Part shown: piece by piece, positions 55,801 to 64,000 of the stretch | How the letters are laid out: each line of letters starts with the position of its first letter | Numbering within the stretch: position 1 is the stretch's first letter | Source of the DNA: Balanoglossus misakiensis | Taxonomy: Eukaryota; Animalia; Hemichordata | Assembly (NCBI GenBank): GCA_040954595.2 | Contig: CM082579.2 | Location: forward strand, 864,922 to 928,921 | Direction: 5' to 3' | DNA length: 64,000 bases | Notes under the pieces: generated by a model | Seen by the model: the letters and a program-made list of their open reading frames with translations, nothing else | Database searches by the model: none | Told to the model about the DNA's origin: nothing | Translations under genes and position numbers: made by a program

Positions 55801-58800
55801 AACACAGTCACTCAGAAACTGGAGAATTACTTGGAGATTATGGCAAAGGATGTGGAGTTACTGATGTTGACAGTTTAGCTTGCGACTGTGGCTGGTATCA
55901 ATCATTACATGTACTTAATGATATTGATAAATCAAAATAGTTTGAAGGTCATTGGTACAACGACAAACAGGGTTTTATTTAATCACACTAGTTTAGATGT
56001 GCCCATCACCAATTATATACACTTTGGAGTTCATACAAATATAATCAGTGTATGAAATAGGAGGAACTGACCAATACATAGTAATGATAGTTAGTATGTT
56101 TTTTTCCTCTCAAGGTCAACAAGTCAGGCTTTTTCTCTAACTTAGGATGATGAGATAAGCGGTTAGGCATTCTTCAAGGAACGTTTCATGTAAATACACC
56201 ACCACATTCCAGAAAGAATAATGTCACCACAGGAGGTCAATGCGTAAACTTTGACCTCAATAACAATGTGGTCTCTAACGCTGTGAGAGTTTGCCCCGAG
56301 TCTAATTTTAGTCTTTTCACAACCAAACAGAGATCCAGTGTTTTTCCTCAAAGCGCTTGGTTTTGCCACGTTCTAGATTGTGCCACCTGTCAGATTTAAT
56401 GTCTTTGGCATAGAACAGTTTTTACTGGGACTCAGAACCCCAGATTGATTTGAGGACAAGTCGTTTGACAGACAAACAGCAAAATTATGGTTGATAATTG
56501 CAATGTGGAATTTGATATTTTATCATGTTGAGCAGTGGAACATTGGCATGGCTGTACTGAAGGTGTACATGTACATGTACAGACAGAGTAATGATCATTA
56601 TTTGGACAGTGCATGTGACCTGACAAAACAAACATAGCATACAAGTAGGACATTGACTTTGAGTTATATTCCCATGAAGGGTTGCCCAAGTGTGCAAAAA
56701 GGCGATTTCTTAACTTTCTATCTATGTGTCCAGGGCAAGATTAGAAATCATGATATCTTGGAGTTTTTATTTGACATGCCTCTACATGTAAGGGTACATC
56801 AATTGTACCATAGTTGTTGAGAAGTAATATTTGCTTTTGCCACCATACTGTTAGATAGGTGAAAACTCCCCATTTCCACATTGTGCCATTAAACTTAAGG
56901 GGTGAAGCCTCCCATCCATGTATGTAGCTACCAAGGAATGTCTGAAATTCTTAAGACATAGAATGATTATAAATCAATATGTACATTGGGTCAAAGTTCG
57001 AGACCTCTGCACAAAATCTTTTGGTAGCATGGTTGCAGAATTGGCTGCCTGTCTTTGCAGTTTTCAAGTGTTCAGCATTAGGCTGCCGGAACTTTGGTCT
57101 GTACTATGCTAGCTGAAACTTGTTTAATCCGCATATTTGGATGGATTGTTGGAACAGGAACAGTATGTGGAAAATGCCACCACTAGCACATATGATCAGT
57201 CATGAGTTTGTGAGACTAATACTATGTATTATACGTAGCAACCAGTATTAGTACATGTATCCGATTTATCACTAAGAGTTTTAATGCAGAGCAGCTGAAA
57301 ATATCGAACAACTCATGTTAACCTTTATCCCTACATGTATCTTGTTTTTCACAGGACAATATCCACCAGTTTTTGAGGGCGTGCGAGGGTCTAGGATTGT
57401 ATGGTTCACAATTGTTTAATGAAAGTGATCTTCAAGATATTAGCAGAGTAGGGTGAGTATCTCTCAAGTGGTAATGTACTCCATGATCTGCAACATTAGA
57501 TTTCCAAGATAACCCTATTAAATACAAGTGCAATGTAGGTTTCAATTTCATGGAAATGTTTGGCACCCCAGAACAAAACATCCTGTAATAATTGGCTTCA
57601 TTTCGACTGAGTTTGCTTTTCTGGAGAAGGCTGTATATTTTGCATAATCAGTTTTTGTAAAGACTTGATATTTGCAATAAACAGCGGTAAGTACCAGCAC
57701 CTGTTTGTAATGAACAATGCTTGTAGCAGAAACATTGCAACAGCTGACAAGTGAAAGTATTGAGTGTCCATCAAAAATGCAATGATGACACTCATCAATT
57801 TACATCTGTGGCCCCCGAAATTCTGCCCATCCCATGTCGCTAGCTTAATTATTAGGATTTCATAAAGCTTCATTGGGAATTCAGAATTAAATGGATCACT
57901 GGTTTGATGCAGATTATGTGTATGTGTAGGTTTCAACATAAACACATTACTGCTGGTGTAATATAACACAGTCACTCATAGATGTTCTCTTGCAGTCTGT
58001 AATTCCTGCAACTTTTCTGATGGACCTCTTATGATTAAATGCAGCCTTAGAAATAGAATTCAGAAAGGACAGCTTCAATCTGATAACTGAGAAAGCTTCT
58101 TTCATTCTTGTATCATTGCTTCTCAAACGTGAAGTATTCCAAGCATTGTCCACTTGCAGCAATTCAATTAATCTTAACACGTACTACTTGATTGGGATTC
58201 ATCAAGGGTCCAAAAACGCATTGACCGGTCATCCTTTTCATGTCATGTTAACTGAAAAAATAATGAGATTAGAGCTGGATGCAATGAAATTATCCAAGGG
58301 TTAATTGTTTCTGTTATTTTGGTACAAATTCTTTTTGGAAGTTACAGAGTGCTGCAATCAGCATGCACACATGACTGAAAGCAAGCTTATGTCTAGGAAT
58401 GTACTTTATCATCCAGACAACACTTCAGTTGCCTTTGTAGCATGTGGCATGTAGGTATTCAATACTAAGTTGGACGTGTCCGCATGCTGGTCTCGCTGTA
58501 CACGTCACCCATAGTATAGGCTGATGTTTATCATTTTAAAATTTTCCTTCCTTGGTTATATTTTAGCTGCATTCAGGGACTGTTGTTATAAAGAATGATA
58601 TGAATTAATGTGGAGTGTTCACTGCCTACCAACTCTCAACATTCATGTTGGACTAATGCCAGCCAAATATTACAAATATAGTTTGCCTTCTGTTGGCCTC
58701 AGTGCAAGATAACCTCATAGAGTCTGGTTGAGTCCATCTACTGAATCATGATTGTTTCATTTGCAAAGCGAAATGGGAGAGGAATTTCTCTGTATGCAAT

Positions 58801-61800
58801 TACAGTAGATAGTATCGGCATCTAGCGCCCATCAGCTCAGCAATCTGCACAACTATTCAAAGACCAGTCTCATCACAAATTAACTGAAGAAAAAAAAGTA
58901 ATTCAGTCTCCCTGGTAATTTTCCGCAAGAATTCAATTTCCTAGTGGTCAAAAATTTAGAAACTTTGTCAGAGTAAATCGCTGAAATGTTTTTCAGTGCT
59001 GGAACTCAGTGGGAGTAGTTCTTGAATACCTCCACAATTCTGTAGTAATTTCATTAATTGAGTTTTGAGTGTTCCTTTACTTCATTGGAATGGGTTTGAT
59101 GAATGTGGTCTGCAGTAATGCATTGGTTGTACTAGTATGCAAATACTAAACATTCTCTTTTTTAAAGTGAAATCCAGCTACACCGATATATACACACAAA
59201 TTATGCAAGTATTTCACTATGCGTATAGTTCATGTACATGCATACAAACACTGGCTCTGAAATGTTCTATTTTGACATATAATGGTTTCTAAGTAGTCTT
59301 ATTCATCATACGGACTATGCGAGTTTCACGGCAGTCATGCTCTGTTTAATGACACTTCGCAATCTGTACAAGTACTGTCAATACATGTACAGTTGCAACT
59401 CATAAACCAATTCAATTTCATTGATGGTGAAACACAAGATGAAATGGGGTGTAATCGGAAAACAAATCCTTTTCTTTTTGGTAACAATTATATCCGGTTT
59501 GGATTTCCGCTCTCCCATTTCCTGTCAAGTGCTTATTGAACTGGTCAGTTCTCACTTGTTCCCAAGTCTACAATTGTGGTGTTGACGACAGGATAGCATG
59601 TTGGTTACACTATAAAATGATTTATTTATGTAGCAGTGATTGTAACTTATAATTCTGGTTTGGACATAAAACTTCCTCTGTAATAATAAGGCACTGTGAA
59701 ACTAGAACTTATTTGATAATACTGGGATAAGGTGGCAGTCAGGTTTCGTACAATAACAAAGAAAACTGTGGTTTATCAGACTTCTCCATTTATTGTTGCA
59801 TTTTAGGATCAGGAATAAATTTCTTGCATTTTGTTTGATCATCTTAAATCCTGGGGTCTTCTAAGGGCATCAACTTTAGATGTTACCAGCACATTAAATC
59901 TTCAGAAAATTGGGCTTGATAGTAATGTGAAAAGTTCACAAATATTTAACCCATAGGTCATGTAAGTTCATGATAATGGTTCACCCGAGTTTACAGCAAC
60001 TTGCAAGGTCATCAAAGTTAATGCGGGTCATTTCAGTTCTTGATAAGCTAAATGATTTCCCAGAAAAGCCCCTGGTTGTTATCTCTTTGCATGTATGCAG
60101 TCGCTTGGGTGGTATTAGTCAAGTAGACCTGGCTGGTACATGTATTTGTGTGATTAGCTAGCTTTCTCATTGATAGAAGTTGTAGCCCCGACCCAGAGTA
60201 CATGTGGTACATCATCCTGAGTGATGATTGGTACACAAACGAATGGAGTGATATACAGGGGTCAGAGGTCACCAACCAGACTGTAATTCCAATGTACCCT
60301 GAAGGTACTAGACAAAGATACATGTGTATAAAAGAGAAAGGAGGCTTTCTCTCACTCAGGCAGTAATAACCCCAGGCATTGCGCTGACAGAAATAAACTG
60401 AGCAGTTGATGACATTAGATGTGGCTGTGTTTGTCAAACCATCTGTGTCGTCTCATGAATTCCTATAAATTCTGAGCTACATTTGTATTCTGAGGGTTTT
60501 GTCAGTACATGTATTTTTAATGATTGCTCATTAACAGTTATCAACCACCTTCATTTGAAATGGTACTTTCTAAGATTTTGCAGGTTGTTGACCTGTAGAC
60601 ATGGATGTTTATACTGTCACCATTCTGATGCAAAGTCTTTCCAATCACCGTTGATTGTTCTGCAAGACTATTTGATCATTCTTTCTTACTGATTTCTCAA
60701 GTGGAAAGTGTGAATGGCTTGAATTCAATAGATTCCACTGGACACATCTGCCAGTGGTTTGTAGTTCAATAGCATGCGTTGAGCACCAGTATCATGCCAA
60801 TCCTAAGTTTTCCTGTGATGAGCATATCGATGATGGTCCAGGTCACCTTTACCCCGCCCTTGGTTGGGTTCCATCCAACACCATGTGCCAAACCAAAAAA
60901 GTATAAAATACAGTTCTATGCAAAATTGTAATGGCTTAATTGACATGTGTCTGTGGTAAACCAGAGAATATCTGCTTAATCATTTTCCCAAAACACAATG
61001 AATGTACATGACTTGTCTATGATAAGCCATTTAATGTTTGGGGGGACAAACATGTTTGAAACAGAATACTTGTTCAATGGGTGAATGCCACCCTTTGGAA
61101 AGAAAGCAGTTGTACTGAAAGGAATTACAGACCGCACATTAATATAAAATTCAGGTATTTGAGGTTTCATTGTGGTTTGATATATGTATACAATAGTTTT
61201 GTTGAAATCATTAATTGATGTGGCTTTCTGTAGGCTAATTTTTTTGTCTAAGGATATTGGAAGTGTAACTGTATTGTTATGATATTCAAAATTAATGGAT
61301 ATAGACTTTGATGTGTATGAAAACATTTGTATTGTCCTTTGTTAGACATTCCTGAGTTTTATGTCAGACTTTATTACACTTGTAGGCTTTATTACACTTG
61401 TACATGCATCATATCTCAAGCACAGATGTTGAGATTGACAGCCTTGGTATGGATGAATTTGTCCATGAACAGGAGCACCACCACCCTTCTAGCATTGAAG
61501 TTTTATGAAGCTTGCAAGAGCTCGGAGAATATTGGTAGATATTTATGAAATAAAGTTTGACCGAGTCAACTGGGGATTTTTCCTCTCCATCACATTGCTA
61601 TCCAAGCCATGGAACCGGCCTTAAATAAACTCTGCTAAACTCATCTTCAAGACATAAAAGCGTTTGCGTCTTCTCAGATTTCCAGGCGTTTGTCAGTTGT
61701 TGTCTATAAATCTTTGGCAACCTTTACTCCTCCCTTGGTTGTGTTCCATCCAACACCACTTCCTAGACACCCTTGTGATTGCCTTGACATCATCTGTTGG

Positions 61801-63095
61801 TGCGTTTCTCAGTTGGTGGTGGACACAGTTGACATGTTTCGTACAGTCTGCTTTATCCCATGTTTTGCAGCCAATTTAGGGACCAGTCCAATAACCAGCT
61901 GTACTATACCCTTACCCATTGATGAGGACGTGAGTTTGCCAATAGAGTTGCCAGCTCTGGCACGTACTGGTCAATCTGCGTTACCAGCAGTATCCTCTTA
62001 CCACCCTACATTTACTGAATGCAAACTCACATACTACTTTTTGTATGCCAGACAAATAGCATTCTCTCACTGTTCCAAGTGAGCTGCCCAATGCACAAGT
62101 CACTCAACACCAGAAGTCTTTGTAACAAGCAAGTGCAAATGGACCCAAGCATCTTTTGTGTCCTGTGGCTAAATTTAGACCATGCATGCAAAACACAGAT
62201 TTTAGCCACCATACACCAATGACCTTGCAATACAAAAGACAAGTATCTGGGGCAGAAAATCTAGCCATGATGGTAAACCACAATTGTCTCATAGGACGTT
62301 ACAACTTTCAAACATGTGCTTGCACAACTTCACAGATTCGTCTGACAATGAAATAAACAATCACAGACAACCTTTCCACCAGACTGCAGCAAGTCAACTG
62401 ATGTTATAGTCAAATGGACTAATTGTGTTGTAATGTGTTTATTGTTGTGTCTTTCCTTATTATTAATACAGTGTTTCTTCTTTTGTCTTTATGTTGTATC
62501 ACCTGTATGTTTTTGGTCCGTGCACCTCTGAAACTAACAGACTTCTTATAAGGTAAGGTCATCCTCTTTTTCATGGAACATGTATGTCATTACTCAATAA
62601 AAATCCACCATTAGTGTAGATAAACCTCCTCATCTCGATTTCTGTTACTGTCAGTTGAGTGGAAACTGTTTCGTATGTACATATTGCAAGCTCTTTCACT
62701 TCCCTGTTGCTGGTTCCATCATCGTGTGATTTGGGTGTTTGTAAAACTCTGATGAGTTCAGTCAAGCCAGCCTACAATGATCAATTAAATTGCTGTGATG
62801 CCAGGTGATCTAGCCTAGCTGTAGGTTCCACCAGACTCTTCTTCGTAGAACATAAGGCTGCAGTTATAGAAAACACCCAAGGAGCAGTGTGTGTCTATCT
62901 GTACGGTTGTGCATTTCATCCAAACCAGGTTCCCTCCTATACATGTTCAAGTAAAGGCCAAAGATACATTGTTATGTTTTCTTCAGGATTTTGGTATTTC
63001 ACCTCCAGAATTTTAAATTGACCATCTGCTGTTATTTCTTTTTTTACAGGGACGTAAATAAACTTGAAGAAGAAGCTGACAGACAACTTAAAAAT
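40805..63095 (+). CDS. LMO7/LIMCH1-family protein, 5' part (calponin-homology domain); continues beyond the window
   Basis: Exons 40805-40855 (MDYNIDEALIESRKWIE), 50322-50392 (AVTGKNFPYDDFKKSLEDGVLLC), 50571-50634 (LMLKIKPGSIRKINTTSFAGL), 57355-57452 (DNIHQFLRACEGLGLYGSQLFNESDLQDISRVG), 63050-63095 (DVNKLEEEADRQLKN). Phases are consistent. Matches the LMO7/LIMCH1 CH pattern KWIE.VTG..F...LE.G.LLC...AGLDNI..FL..C..LGL..QLF...DLQD...R.LKN. Confidence 0.85.
41805..41978. mobile_element. 174-bp MITE-like element
   Basis: Perfect 14-bp inverted termini CAGTGATGTAGATA/TATCTACATCACTG. No recognisable TSD. Confidence 0.5.
42051..42114. repeat. Palindromic compound microsatellite (AATC)n-(GATC)n-(ATTG)n
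   Basis: aatcaatcaatcaatcaatcaattgatcgatcgatcgatcaattgattgattgaatgattgatt. Confidence 0.8.
46428..46447. repeat. (CA)n microsatellite
   Basis: About 10 CA units. Confidence 0.8.
48937..49000. mobile_element. 64-bp MITE with TAG..CTA termini and 9-bp TSD
   Basis: 16-bp TIR TAGTCTAGAATCTATC/GATAGATTCTAGACTA. Perfect direct flank GTGTATTAA at 48928-48936 and 49001-49009. Confidence 0.8.
50665..50747. mobile_element. About 83-bp MITE, CCCTTTCA...TGAAAGGG family, copy C
   Basis: CCCTTTCACCCCCA...AACCATGGTGGTGAAAGGG, in the same orientation as the copy at 13951. Confidence 0.6.
50766..50833. mobile_element. 68-bp MITE with TAG..CTA termini and 9-bp TSD
   Basis: TIR TAGCCTAGT/ACTAGGCTA. Flanks TGTGGTACC and CGTGGTACC (8 of 9 match). 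The left end resembles the element at 48937. Confidence 0.7.
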
Positions 63096-64000
63096 GTGAG
63101 TACAACTCATCAGTATGGTTGTATCAAAGAGAAACAATACTCACAAGAATGTTCTTTGGTTTTACGGTGTTCAAATGAGTCTGGAATACGAGGGATTCAA
63201 GTTGTTATTTTGTAACCATTTGATCTTCAAGGAGACAGTTGAATTTGATTTGGAATGCCAACAAGCCATTTCTGGAATATATTCTTCCCACCAGGAAGCA
63301 GGCTATTTACATATTTTCAGGTCTTTGTTATAAAAAGTCTTAGCACAAACTAATGTCACAAGCAAGTAGGTTTTTAGAAGTTAATTATAAGGTTTTTCAT
63401 TTTTAAAAGGAACTACACTTTCATTTGTAAACCTCGTAACATAAATTTAAAGAATGCAAAGAATGTACTTCATTTCTCATTAAAGTAATGACGTTGTGTG
63501 TGAAAATAACAAAGTCCTTCAAACTTTTATTAAACGGTAACAAGTTTCATGTTGTTGATATTTCAACCTCAAGTCTGACATTTCAATTTAAACCCTGTCC
63601 TTTCCACCTTCACCTTTTCTGAAGGTTTGGCATTTGATATTTGGTGATCTAAAGTTACAGTTTGTACCCTAAATGTTTAAAAGGCTGGGGAGGGTCAGTT
63701 TTTGGTGTATGGTGTCCTTCAACTTGTTTCAGGGAGTGTTGTGTACTACTTATTCTGGAACATTATACCTTGCCATTAAATAAACAGGAAATTATTTTTC
63801 TTAAAGAAGCTTCTGGTATATCTCATCAGAAATACCTTATGACACTGTACCAGTAACCTTATTTTGATTCATTGAGTATGTTTCCATGGTGATGCTTTTT
63901 AATGGTATTTGTACAGACTAAATTGTATTGTGATCTTGTTTAGTGATCAGGCAAGCAATTTGTAGGGGAAAAAAGGTAAACATGTAACAGTTTCTTACAA

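Noticed and set aside
41000-63000. Many 60-130 aa ORFs within the LMO7-like introns
   Set aside because: Mostly non-ATG starts and random composition. No RT, transposase or other motifs seen.

Overview
AT-rich, intron-containing animal genomic DNA. It is probably an invertebrate deuterostome or similar, inferred from gene content and intron structure; the species cannot be determined. From left to right: (1) Two tandem paralogous 6-exon genes encode N-acylated ARM-repeat + TIR + C-terminal SAM-like proteins. Intron 4 of copy 1 carries a PIF/Harbinger-type non-autonomous element and an intronless class A GPCR on the same strand. (2) ABHD18 (-) lies head-to-head with a Maf/ASMTL-N nucleotide pyrophosphatase (+). 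(3) CNOT7/CAF1 (-) lies head-to-head with VPS37A (+). (4) An uncharacterised 2-exon charged protein (-). (5) DNAAF6/PIH1D3 (-) lies head-to-head with a 5'TOP non-coding snoRNA host gene carrying seven intronic box C/D snoRNAs: one SNORD55-like, two SNORD12/snR190-like, three U14, and a remodelled U14 derivative with a shifted guide. (6) The first five coding exons (CH domain) of an LMO7/LIMCH1-family gene, spread over about 22 kb. Several small MITEs are present. Exon boundaries were read by hand from GT/AG signals and frame continuity. Reference rRNA, snRNA and protein comparisons are from memory, and no searches were run.
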